Positions 25,660 to 38,400 of a DNA stretch of 64,000 nt are shown piece by piece. The notes under the pieces were generated by a model. The model was not told the DNA's origin, did no database searches, and worked only from the letters and a program-made list of their open reading frames with translations. This DNA comes from Amphiscolops sp. MND2022. Taxonomy: Eukaryota. The DNA is taken from the NCBI GenBank assembly GCA_964187785.1, contig OZ076416.1, positions 55,800,001 to 55,864,000 of the forward strand, read 5' to 3'. Within the stretch, counting starts at the first letter, position 1. Each line of letters begins with the position of its first letter. The position numbers were made by a program, and so were the translations under genes.

Positions 25660-28600
25660 TGGTGACAGGAGCCAACCCTAACCCTCAAATAGTCCCTGAA
25701 TTCCTGACCCGAGAGCCCATGCAACCCCGAAATGAAACTCCACATCAGCAATGTATCATTGATGACACCCTTCATACAACCCTTCTCGCACAGCAAATAC
25801 CAGTGCGCACGAACACTCAGAACACAAACTCGGAATCTCCAGTAAATCCCATTAATCGTCTTGCCGACGTAATCATGGGCATGAACAACAAACCATTGGC
25901 ACAAACACTGATGCCACGACCAGTCAGTACGATCACACTGACATTTGATGGCGAATCTGAAAAGTTTGAACTGTTCGAAGATCTTGTTTCACATGATGAT
26001 AAAAATGCAACCTGATATGACAGAATCAATGAAAATCAACCATATTCATTCACTGCTGCGGAAAAATGCGCTACAGACTTTCCGTAACATCAATTCAGCA
26101 TATAGACAAACTCTGGAAGATATATTAGCAGTCTTCCGCAGGAAATATGTTAACCTGAATCCCAGGCAACTGCCAAACATAAATGGCATAAACTAGTATT
26201 TGACCCAAATTCTGTAAAACTGCCTGATTTTCTCGAAGAGCTCAAACAGGGAGCTGAAAAGCCTTTGGAGAGCATGCCCAAGCGATGATTGACAGTCTGT
26301 TTTTTGCTAAACTGCCACACAAACTGAAACACTCAGTCAATATTGCGAGACTTGAAAACGCCACATATGAAGAAATTGTCACACACTTGGAACGAGAATT
26401 AGAACTGAACGGACTTGAGGAAGGTGATGACATTCCCGTTCCCACAATGTCAACAGCCCCGACAGCAACACGACCGGGTACTGGCCTCCTTTCATCGGGC
26501 ATTGACCCAGGGACAACATGCAACTATTGCAAAAAATAACTGGATATGTCAAGGATGACTGTCGAAAACACAAGCGAAAGGAGGAACAAAAACGCAATGA
26601 CGGCCAACATACCAAGAAAGAGTACCCAAAGTGTCCGACTTGTGACTTGTGACAAAACAAACCACCCAGCGGAACGATGTTGGAAAGGCACTGGAGCCCA
26701 CCTCAATCCCAAAAACCTCAAATTGGATAATTCCAAATCTGAGGAAACCACCATGAGTCAAGATGACTCCAACAACAAGCCTACTACATCCATTCTCAAA
26801 AACCCAAAAAAACTAGATTTGCCACGACTTGGCCTTAATGAAAAACCACGTGTCAGACAAAATAGAATTTCTGACCCTTCTACTATTCATTACACTGAAA
26901 AATTCATCAGCTGACTGTCAGCAGCAGGTGAAAAATACTCCTACTAAATTACACGACTTGGACCGTCAGTCCAATAGACAGCTCTGTAATACAACCACTG
27001 TTCGTCCTCTCCCCCGCATAGGTAATTACAACCCCTACTATATTGGCCCAGACTTCGATTTCGACCCGTATTGGGACATACAAATCTACAACCAACATCA
27101 TCAATATTTCTACAACAATTTCACCAAAAATACCACCGACATGGAATCTGATTTACCTGAAATCAATTTCAATGTGAACACAACATTATCCAAGGCTCTG
27201 GTTGACCCTTGGCAACTTACATGGGTTGGCCATTACCCAACAACCCATTAAGAACCAACGAAGAAAATTCCCCATGTTGGACCTTCGATCACACTGACTG
27301 CAACGGTGGATGAACGATTTGTAAACACGCTCATCTCGCGACATGGTGAACCCGACTACAACCCTCTCACAACAAACTTGGAGATCATATACTAGAGACG
27401 CATGCTCTACTTTCCAATGGATTTCGGCGAAATAACTTTAGTCGGCCTTGTAGACACGGGAGCCATATCTAGTGCTATCCCTGAAGCTGATCCACGTAAA
27501 CTTCGTTTGTTAGCCCCTCAGTCAATTATAAAAGAGTGCCCAGCTCCAAACTTCCACATAATGGTTGCTAACGGACAGCAGGAGACTCCAAAGAGCACTG
27601 ACGAATACAATTTCTAGGTCGGAGACATCGACTTTCACGAGATTCTCATTGTCATGGAAAAACTTACCAGTCCGTTGATTGGCCTCTTGTTCCTTCAACG
27701 GAACAACACCAACTGGGCATGCGGCAGGGAGTCCTACACTTCTCATTCTTTTCCATGCAATTGAAAACAGCGGACCACAATTACACTAGCGTAATGGAAC
27801 CGATTACCACACGGGATGATATTGCCATTCCTCCAAATGATAGACAAATAGTCTATGTGCATTCCCAGATGTATGAGGACTCTAATGTCACTGGGATCCT
27901 CCAACTGAGCAACACCCTCACAGAAGATGGCGACATTGCCTTTTGCGCAGCTCTAATCACACACACCCAAGGTCAGGTTACAATTTATGTGATAAATTTT
28001 ACTGACCAACCGTATACCCTCAAACGGGGTTCGCACCTTGCCAATTTCTTTGTTCTGACACCAATCCAGATGAAATACGTCAAATCCATTGAGCCGGTGA
28101 CCACATGGCACCTTTTACAAGACAATCCAGAAAATGATGCCTACTACGCCTGCAGTTTGATCAAATCAACCAAGACTGAGGAAGATAAAAAGACTTACTG
28201 GTTCCCTACTCCAGAAGTCCCTGAAGACCCTCAACTTCACACACCAATTCAACAACGAATATTGAAAGAATTACATAGCCTACTGGAAGTGGAAAAACTC
28301 AACCCTCAGGATAACCCTGAGTCCAGGAATCAATTCCTTGCCAACTCCGATTGGACAGACACGACGTTGAATCCAACTGAAATTGCACAAATCGAAGAAC
28401 TGCTCGTCGAATTTCACGACATGTTTGGAAGACACCGCTTCGATATAGGCATGAAAGAGGACTTCAAGGTCAAAGTGACACCAAAAGATGATTCCCCAGC
28501 CTATAGTCCAAGCTTACCGACGCGTATTAATCTCAACGAGAATATCCTTGTCGAAGAATCTGGCACTTATAACAACGCTCCCGTTTTCCAAGTACGCAAG

Positions 28601-29200
28601 TCCAGTCTTTGCCCAGAAAGAACCAATTGGCAAACTACGACTCTTGGTCGACCTTCGAAAGATCAATAACCTGATATCTGACGACTATGTGAACAATAAT
28701 TGTTCCTGTCACCACATTAACAGACGCTGCTCAGCATATAGCAGACAAATTTAGATAAAGTGTTCAAGGACGAAGCACCCTCAGACAATAGGTAAATTAG
28801 AGCGAACTCATGCCAGTCTCAAATGTAACCTCAAAATGGCATCAGGTGAAAACAGACGTCAATGGCACAAACATCTTCCATTGGCAGTACTCAATTATAA
28901 TACGACTTATCATTCAAGAAGTTCATAATACGACTTATCATACGACTTATCATACTTAAAGTACAAGGAATATTATGACAGGAAGGCCAAAGCGGTCCCA
29001 TTGTAAAAGGGTGGTTTCTGTTCCATTAGCTGATCACCAAGGCTCAAAAATCCCATTTCGAGAATTTCGGGGGATAGGACCTTATGTGATTCAGAAGGTC
29101 CTCCCTAATGAAAATTATATAGTCCGCAAACTTTTTCTAACAAAATACAGGTTTTACATCGAATCTGATTACGTAAATACGAGCCAAATACTACACTACA
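25003..29200 (+). pseudogene. Heavily disrupted gag-pol of element 2
   Basis: FDGESEKFELFEDL, knuckles CNYCKK and CDKTNHPAERC, PR LVDTGAISS, WFPTPE, LRLLVDLRKINNL, IN remnants WHKHLPLAVLNYNTTYH and GPYVIQKVLPNENY. Most of RT, RNase H and the IN core is missing. Confidence 0.9.
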
Positions 29201-29984
29201 GGACAACCACCCCGAAAGTAATTTGCAAGCAGATGTTGAAATTATTATTCCACATGACGATTTATATATTATTTCGTTGGAAACAGATTTTGACGATTTT
29301 CCTACTTTTTCTGATTCCATATCCAAGTCTGACGAGCATTCTGCTGATTCTGACCGACAGGAAGCTATGAATACGTATTTGGACCTTCGGTCCTCTCGAC
29401 AGGACGAAAATACTGATGTTGCTGCTACTGAGCAGCGTGAACACAAAATGAATGAAGCGGACTTTCATTCCGCTCGACTGCAGTCAGGTACTCACTCAGC
29501 CAAAGATGAACAGACGGATGAATAGACGGCTGACGCGGACATTAGGTCAGTTCGACTGCAACACACGAAATCGACGAAATGACCTCACAGAGCCCTTCAA
29601 AGCATGAATTTCTGATTGTTCAAATTTATTGGGGGGATGATACGATCGTGCCCGACATATTAGATAAAGTAAAAGTTGATTCGGTTGTAGAAAATGAAAG
29701 TCCAAGGGGAGGAAAAAATAATCTACGCCCTAACCATAGCCCTAACTTTATGATGAATACAGATACTAGTCAGGAAAAGTAAATTACTAGCCCTGTTGAT
29801 TTTTTTCAACAAAACGTTTTTTTATGGGGTCTGGACTGACTTTCTGACTGAATAAAACCTAGTGTCAAACGTGCCGCAAACAGATGGCCAATAATACAAG
29901 TATACAATCTAACTAAAGTAAAAAGAGCAACAAAAGAGAAAATGAACAAATATGCAGTCTAGAAACAATTGTACATATGTACAA

Positions 29985-32060
29985 TTAAAATTTAGAACTG
30001 CTCGCAGATAATAAATTCTCAGCAGATTGTGTTAACTCGCTCCCAGTTAACAAGTGACTCATCCTCTTTGACACTTCAGACTTCTTAAACCCAAGTGGCT
30101 TACTAGTATCGGAGACTTTGGACGTAGGCTCCAAATCTTGACTGCGACGACACGTCCCATTGGGATCCAACTGCTCAAGAATTCCAGCGCCAGCGCGCCC
30201 AAAGAAATCTACATTGTCCCAAAGGCTATATACATCTGACGTCCCAACCCCAACCAAAGTAGGTTCGAGTCGTAGGAAAGAGGCAAAAGATTGATCGGAA
30301 ATGACAGAAACCATTGGACAGATCGGAAATCTATACCATTGGGCACATTCCGTAACTAGGACTGAACTGGTAATACTACATCCACAAAACCGCTTGTTGG
30401 ATCGTCGGAATCTACTGAGCCAAATTTGACTGGTGGTAGGGCCTGGAAAGGCTCGTCAAGGCGCAAACAAGCCAAACGAAAAGGCTTGTGCAGAAACGGG
30501 CGACTTTGAAGGGAAGATTGTTCCATGAGGAAACCCACAGTATCCGGGACGAAGAGGGTTGGTTGATGCAATTCAAGAAACTTGCGCTGAAGATCGTCGA
30601 CAAATGACATGTATTTTTCGTGACATTCAGTCTCTTGGTCAGAAGAAAAGAATCCTCGGAGTCGGAAGCTAGTAAATAGCTGAGTAAAACAGTAGGCAGC
30701 ATACGGAAGAGTGTCATTTAGCAAAGTATCTGAATCAAAACTTCTGAGTCCTTTCATCAGATCATCAGATCAGTAGTGAGAGTTTTTTGGTTCTGCACAG
30801 AACTAAGTAAATGTGAAATATTATTTCGGGCAGATCTCCCGAATTCATCTCTATTTATGTTTTGTTGGTTAAGGCATCTGTTGGCAGCTCTTGGTCCTTC
30901 TTGTCCCGTAGGTCTTTTTCGGCCATGGCTCTACATGCGAAACTGAGTCTAGGTGCTAATTTGATCAGCGAAATGAATTCGGAGACAGTGAGCGCTGTTA
31001 CAGTCTTGATGTCCAAATTCAACATGACTGACCAATCTTGCTCGTCTGGCAAATCTTTGGGATTGGAACATCTCCAGGCCAAATTGAATTTGAACTTACA
31101 GAAAATCCGATACAGATAAAATTTGCTGTCTTTGCGTCCACTGAGGCTGATGGTAAAACTATGTGCAACTAAACATCACAAATCATCCACTTCTGTAGTC
31201 AGAAAGACGTGAAGTACTCAAAGCGGGACTGCATTAGAGAACCAGTCTAGATACCAAATAACATACGCAGTGTGTTGTCCTAGAAACCTTAACCTCACGT
31301 CAGCAAATTAAATACGCTAACAATCCCGTGCCAATTATTGGAAGAGCTCAAGTTTGATAGTGAACAGGTCGTCATACACAAAAGACCACTCTAAGCTCTG
31401 GGCCTGAAACAAATAAAACCTATTGCTTCATGCCGAAAATGGACCCTAAGTACACTGGACGCGAAGGAGTTACCTGGTTCTTTACTCCTCGCATCTCTTG
31501 GAAGAGTGAAGTCGAACACAAAAAATCCAGAACGGAACTCCAGTTGGATAGCAAATCCTGACACAACACATCTAACTTCTCAAAATCTAATTTGCAGCTT
31601 CGGATTGCCTAGGATCAAAAATAAAAGGTCAGCTAACAAACTAGTTAATAGTTAGACTACGGGTCAAAAGTAACTAACTAGCCTTCCAAGGTTCAGGAGC
31701 TAGAAGAAAGCATTCAAGGTTGAGACTTACTCCTAGTAAAACGATGAGATACTGTAGTACTGGCACAACGTCGATTCTCCCGAAGACACAGTGGCTCCGT
31801 TTGTACATGAGTTTTTATAGTGACAACTCCTCGATTCGCTGAGGGCTCTGGATAGCGAGTTGGAATAAGGGACTATTATCAAACAATTGCACTAGCTCTA
31901 GCGAGCATCCACTACAGCAAACTAGGGAAGGACTTGTCGAAATGACAGGCAGGAGTCCAGTAAGCAGCTGTACCTCCGCCGCGGCTCGTCCTAAGACACG
32001 TCCAATTCGTTTGAGGAGAACCCTACAGAGCTGTCTGTCTATCTTCAAGCATTTGGACAA
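29985..32060 (-). pseudogene. Degenerate antisense cargo of element 2, remotely similar to the C-terminal half of the element 1 cargo
   Basis: ORFs 30356-30757 and 29985-30314 align by eye with element 1 exon 6 (VQS[stop]L vs VRSWL; VPDTVGFLM vs VDDVVTMWF; SLWDNV vs RPCDQL). Upstream pieces are unresolved. Confidence 0.5.
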
Positions 32061-32339
32061 AGGTGATGAAATAGCACCTGAATTACAAAAGAAGATTTTG
32101 AGACAATTCGTCTAAGATGAACATTTTAAGGTTCAGTGAAGTCAGAAAGTCAATAAGTCTAATTACATGCAATCCACTAGAGCGACCTAAAGACCTGATT
32201 TCAACCTTAACACATACACAAAGACAGGAAAACGTCTACTAAAATACATCTAAGGAACTAACAGAGAGTCTCTCTTTGCCCTAATTGAAGTCCGAGAAGA
32301 GGGCTTGGTGATTGACAGCACTACACTCAAGATTATGCT

Positions 32340-33063
32340 TGTCATACAGTTCTGACTATACATACGAGGAATTTGATGCCATTAAAAGGATTGTTGATGA
32401 TATATACTCACAAGCGACGTTACTGTTTAGTTTGTTCCGACGTTTTAAATTGACAATTCACTGTTAAAAACAATACGATTTCTTGAATATGCCTTCAACT
32501 AGAAAGCAGAAAGCAAAAGAGAAACGTTCTAGACAATATGGAGAATCTTGATGTAATGTTAGGAAGTTATCAAAGAGATGACAGCGACACGCAGGATGGG
32601 AATAACGAAAAAGATATAGACTTAAGGTCAAAGAGACGAATAGAAAGTTTGAATCAGAATGAAAATGACTACAGGTCTTACTTAAATACTTATCGCAGTG
32701 AGAATAGTTGTTTGACTGTGGAAACTAGTAGGGTTATCAATTCAGAAAATTTCGTTACTAGTGTCTAGGAAGTTTGAAGAGATGCAAACAAGCTTAAATC
32801 CTCAGATATTAGACGTTATTAATGAAGCAGTTGAAACAAGGGTGTTACCAAGCATCAAAAATGCTGTAGGAAGCTAGAATTCAGCTAAAAAACAAATTTG
32901 GACCTTCGGTCAGATGGACTGCATCCAGAAAATGACAGCCATGTAGCTTTGGATGCTCAGAAGGACTTCCTCAGATTAGTAACGACGAGACGTGAGCAAA
33001 AGAATCACTGTGAAGAGAATTCCGTGGAATCTCATCATAGTGATGATGAATCTGGTTACGACA
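32340..33063 (+). repeat. 3' (or solo) LTR of the element 2 family; duplicate at 37022-37745
   Basis: TGTCATA...TACGACA near-inverted termini; homologous to 24854-25659. Confidence 0.8.
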
Positions 33064-33250
33064 GTCCTCCATTAGCTTTCGAGGCTCAAACAAAGGTACG
33101 TGAAAACGTGTGAAACTAGCTATTGAAGGACAATGGCAATATCGTTACCTTACAATCGATGGTCGACGTTTCGATTTCCACAAAACGGAAATCTTTTACT
33201 TTCCTTTTAAATTCTGTAAAATACTCTCGAAAAGGCTTTGCTTTTCTGAT

Positions 33251-33436
33251 CAAAAAGCGCGTCATATTCTTATATTTTGTTATAAGGTTTTGACTTGACG
33301 GTAAATAAAACTTGACTTTATTCCATTATTATTCTTTTTGATCTTCAATATTCAACAATATTCCATATTTGTTGCAGGTTTAATAAAGATCATTCTGTTG
33401 TTCTTCTGGATAGGACCCTTAGTTATCGGGAACTAA
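33251..33436. repeat. About 186-bp direct repeat flanking the BEL/Pao fragment (partner 35463-35649; both recur in the duplicated copy)
   Basis: caaaaag..gtca..ttcttatattttgt ... gacccttagttatcgggaactaa present at both positions with moderate divergence. Confidence 0.8.
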
Positions 33437-35462
33437 GGAAATCACATGGTGGCCATTGAGAGGGAACGTTTCTTCATGTTGGAGTTATCCCACGTCACAG
33501 GGTTGTTCTGAGTTTGGTCTTCGCTGTTTACGACCCAATTGATCTTGTTGCGCAGTTCACCAATAAAGCGAGCCTGCTTTGGAAAGACATTTGGAGGCTT
33601 AGTTGACAGCAGTGGTACGACAACTTGCCAGACGAAATTTTAACAAAGTTTTTGGAATGGAGCAAAGAGTTGTCAACCTTGAACGAAATTACCATACCAA
33701 GAAGTTACTTCTGTCAAACCGTTGAAACGTTTGGATTGAGCTACACGTGTTTGGTGATAGCTCACAGGATGCTTTCAGCGCAGTCACTTTCTTGCGAGGA
33801 AAACTTATAAACGACCACGGTGTTGTGACTCAACTGGCTTTCGTCTTTGGAAAAGCGAGAGTTGCCCTGTGAAAGCACTTAATGTTCCAAAGTTTGAACT
33901 ACAAGCCGCATTACTTGCAGCACGACTTCGCCACGAGATCCTCCGTGCACTGCTTTGAAGATAGATAAAACTTTCATGTCGAGCGATAGTTAAACTGTGC
34001 TTCAGTGGTTAAATTACTTAGTAAAGCAACCCACATTTGTTGCGAACCAAGTATGCGAGATTCTAGAGTTCCCTACTGCTGACGAGTGGCACTATGTCCC
34101 TACAGCTCACAACACGGCTGATGCGGGCATCCGTGGAATGTCTGCAACTGCTCTTTTGAACAGTTGTTGGCTGATTGAACCGGACTTTCTAAAAAAATCC
34201 GACTTTCCTTTCAAACCTTCGGACAATTTTCGTCACAAAATAAAATTCAACACAGACGCTGATCGCACTGAAGTTATCGAAATCAAAGAATATCAGAGTA
34301 GTACAATTTCTGCAACAGTAACCGAAACTGCAACAACTTTCGAGTGGCAAAAGTGAAGTTCTTACGAAAAACTTCTGCGCATTATGGCTTACAAGTTGCG
34401 ACTCCTTCCCAGAAACGAATCCAAGCGCACTGACAATGGATTTATTACGGATCCAGCTGAATTCGACGATGCTCAACAGAGATTGTTCTATCTGGTACAA
34501 CTCGAGTCCTTTAACACTGAACAAAAAATGCTTGTTGTCATCACCCCTCAGCAAGTCTTCTAGAATCGTTGAATTTTCTCCTTTCATTGGACTTAATGTT
34601 TTACTGTGGGCTTTTGGATGTTTGACATGAAACAACCAATTCTTTTGGTTAGCTGTCATCCACTAGTTCGGTTGGTCCTGGAAAACGTTCAAAGCAATCA
34701 ATGGCACCAAGGTGTTGAATACATGTGGGCGTTGATCCAGCAAGAGTACGCCATTGTCAAACTGAGACCAACCTTGAGATCAATTGTATCCAGGTGCATC
34801 ACCTGCCGTAAGCGCAAGGCTGAGACGTTAGCCCTCATGATGTCCGATCTTCCACAGGAGAAACTCGCATACAGATAACCTCCTTTCAGTAACACAAGAA
34901 CCGACTACTTTGGTCCCTTCTACGTTTCCGTGAAACGTTCTACTGAGGAACGCTGGGGATTCATATTTTAAAGTTGTGTCATCAATGGACACCAGTATTC
35001 GTGTATTTGGATTTGAACGATTTCTTGCCCGACAAGGCACTCCATCAGTTGTCCGATCAGACAACAGCACCAACTTTGGGGCGAGTGACAAAACAATATT
35101 ACATAACGTCAGAAAATGGAACCAACAAGTCCTCGCTGAGTCGCTTGTCAAGAAAGGAATTAAGTTGAAATTTAACGCACCCACTGCTCCGCACCATGGA
35201 GGTCTTTGGGAACGTTTAGTACGTAGTTTCAAGTACGTGTTCTACGCTGTCCTCGGAAATAGACGTCTGACAGACGAAATTCTTGCAACCACGTTCTTCC
35301 TCGTAGAACAAAGTTTGAAAGCGCGACCGTTAGTACCTGCTAGTGCAGATGCGACGGATTTGGACGCCTTAACTCCGACTCATTTCCTATATGGAACTTT
35401 GGAACTTAAGGTTCAATACTGCCTTCGCATCAGCAAGCAGACGTCGTTCATCGCAAGCGTTA
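33437..35462 (+). pseudogene. BEL/Pao pol fragment (Pao RNase H/peptidase region and integrase), degenerate; deleted copy about 38119-38642
   Basis: LPDEILTKFLEW, LHVFGDSSQ, ARVAP, PKFELQAALL, FVANQV...WHYVPT..N.AD...RG, C.TCRK, DYFGP, RQGTPSVVRSDNSTNF, APHHGGLWERLVRS. Confidence 0.9.
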
Positions 35463-38400
35463 CAAAAAGTGAGTCATTTTCTTATATTTTGTGTGATCAA
35501 GTTTTGACTTATCGGTAAATAAAACTTGACTCTATTCGTTTTGTTCTTTTTTGGTATTCAATATTCAACAATATTCCATAATTGTTGCGAGTTAAATAAA
35601 GATCTTCCTATAATTCTTTTGAATACGACCCTTAGTTATCGGGAACTAAAGAATTTACAGCTCATTATTTGAAGGTTGTACTTTCATTAAAACATAGACT
35701 TGACTACAATTTTTTTGTCCAAAAAATCTTACTTTTTTCTCTGAAAGATCTTTTCTCATACGTGGAGAAATCAATGTCTTCACCTCTTTGGTTCTCGAGT
35801 TGCTAAAAAATCAATTGGAAATCTGCAAAACACGAATAAGCTTCCTACCATATTCACTTTGAGAACTTTTCATTGGACACGCGAAGTTGTTGCTGACATT
35901 TTTTGTAGGTGGCTCGAAAAAGTAATCAGTCGACTCTCCTTGCGTTATCGTGGGACACTACTGTCTAATCTACTTAAGGAAGTTTTCACCTCTAAACAAT
36001 CTAAAGCGAAAGGAATATGGGACCAAACGATCCATTCGTAACCTGGAAAGTCTGATTAGAAAAAAAGAAGCTGTTTCAACTAGAGGTCTGCAATGTCTGA
36101 ACAGTTATAGAGTCTCCCAAGATTGACATTAATCAATGCAAAGGAGAACCGGCAAATACACCGAATCTGTATTACATGAGATCTGTCGAAAAGTGTTATA
36201 TTTTCTGAAATCAGTTTAACGTCTGGACCTCCCGTTTCTGAGGCGCTTTGGAAGTCCCCTTGCCAAAAATTGTGCAAATAACCTGTTGGGCCTTTTTCGA
36301 CTGGTTGCTCTCCTTCGCTTTGCCCCGGCAGTTATGGAATTAGCCTCTTCCACCCCCCCCACGCTCAATTGGCTGAAGTGTAAAAGCGTTGGTTTTTCAA
36401 AGTTGAAGCAAACATTGTTCTTATAGCTCCACTTTAGAAGTGAAAGCAAATAGCTTTGGAGATCAATTACGAGGAATTAGTCCCTAATTAGATAGGAAAA
36501 TGAGCTTTGAGTCATCATCGAAAAGAGAAAGGTAACACGTGAAACACTTTGGGAGGTCGTTATTGAATTCAATAAAGAACAAAGGACGGAGCAATGATCT
36601 TTGCCTGTTGGATGCTTTGAGACTGTAAGGACTGAAGCCAGAATCGGTGGACAAAATTGAGCATTTTCAAGGAATGACTAAAAACCTAAAATGGTTGCCA
36701 AAGTTGGATGCGTTCCAGTGCATAGGATTTCAAAATCATCCTAAATAGTGGAAATCATGTAGAAAGTACCCATCTCTTAGTGTTGATTAGGTAAGTAAAG
36801 CATCGATATTGTTGGTAGTGAGAATTTTCCTAGTTTCTGAAAATGATTCATGATTCATCACTGATGACCGGAAAGTGAACCCATCGTCATCTAGTAGATT
36901 GAAATCATCCACAGGAAGCACATTTTGAGCTGACTTTTTCCCACAAAGAGTCTCTCTTTGCCCTAATTGAAGTCCGAGAAGAGGGCTTGGTGATTGACAG
37001 CACTACACCCAAGATTATGCTTGTCATACAGTTCTGACTATACATACGAGGAATTTGATGCCATTGAAAGGATTGTTGATGATATATACTCACAAGCGAC
37101 GTTACTGTTTAGTTTGTTCCGACGTTTTAAATTGACAATTCACTGTTAAAAACAATACGATTTCTTGAATATGCCTTCAACTAGAAAGCAGAAAGCAAAA
37201 GAGAAACGTTCTAGACAATATGGAGAATCTTGATGTAATGTTAGGAAGTTATCAAAGAGATGACAGCGACACGCAGGATGGGAATAACGAAAAAGATATA
37301 GACTTAAGGTCAAAGAGACGAATAGAAAGTTTGAATCAGAATGAAAATGACTACAGGTCTTACTTAAATACTTATCGCAGTGAGAATAGTTGTTTGACTG
37401 TGGAAACTAGTAGGGTTATCAATTCAGAAAATTTCGTTACTAGTGTCTAGGAAGTTTGAAGAGATGCAAACAAGCTTAAATCCTCAGATATTAGACGTTA
37501 TTAATGAAGCAGTTGAAACAAGGGTGTTACCAAGCATCAAAAATGCTGTAGGAAGCTAGAATTCAGCTAAAAAACAAATTTGGACCTTCGGTCAGATGGA
37601 CTGCATCCAGAAAATGACAGCCATGTAGCTTTGGATGCTCAGAAGGACTTCCTCAGATTAGTAACGACGAGACGTGAGCAAAAGAATCACTGTGAAGAGA
37701 ATTCAGTGGAATCTCATCATAGTGATGATGAATCTGGTTACGACAGTCCTCCATTAGCTTTCGAGGCTCAAACAAAGGTACGTGAAAACGTGTGAAACTA
37801 GCTATTGAAGGACAATGGCAATATCGTTACCTTACAATCGATGGTCGTCGTTTCGATTTCCACAAAACGGAAATCTTTTACTTTCCTTTTAAATTCTGTA
37901 AAATACTCTCGAAAAGGCTTTGCTTTTCTGATCAAAAAGCGCGTCATATTCTTATATTTTGTTATAAGGTTTTGACTTGACGGTAAATAAAACTTGACTT
38001 TATTCCATTATTATTCTTTTTGATCTTCAATATTCAACAATATTCCATATTTGTTGCAGGTTTAATAAAGATCATTCTGTTGTTCTTCTGGATAGGACCC
38101 TTAGTTATCGGGAACTAAGGAAATCACATGGTGGCCATTGAGAGGGAACGTTTCTTCATGTTGGAGTTATCCCACGTGACAGGGTTGTTCTGAGTTTGGT
38201 CTTCGCTGTTTACGACCCAATTGATCTTGTTGCGCAGTTCACCAATAAAGCGAGCCTGCTTTGGAAAGACATTTGGAGGCTTAGTTGACAGCAGTGGTAC
38301 GACAACTTGCCAGACGAAATTTTAACAAAGTTTTTGGAATGGAGCAAAGAGTTGTCAACCTTGAACGAAATTACCATACCAAGAAGTTACTTCTGTCAAA

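Larger units (their letters stand above)
24854..33063 (+). mobile_element. Decayed Ty3/Gypsy LTR retrotransposon, element 2, with an internal pol deletion and antisense cargo remnant
   Basis: LTR-like repeats 24854-25659 and 32340-33063 (TGTCAT...TACGACA), PBS TGGTGACAGGAG at 25660, and frameshifted gag, PR, RT and IN pieces. No TSD or adjacent PPT recognised. Confidence 0.85.
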
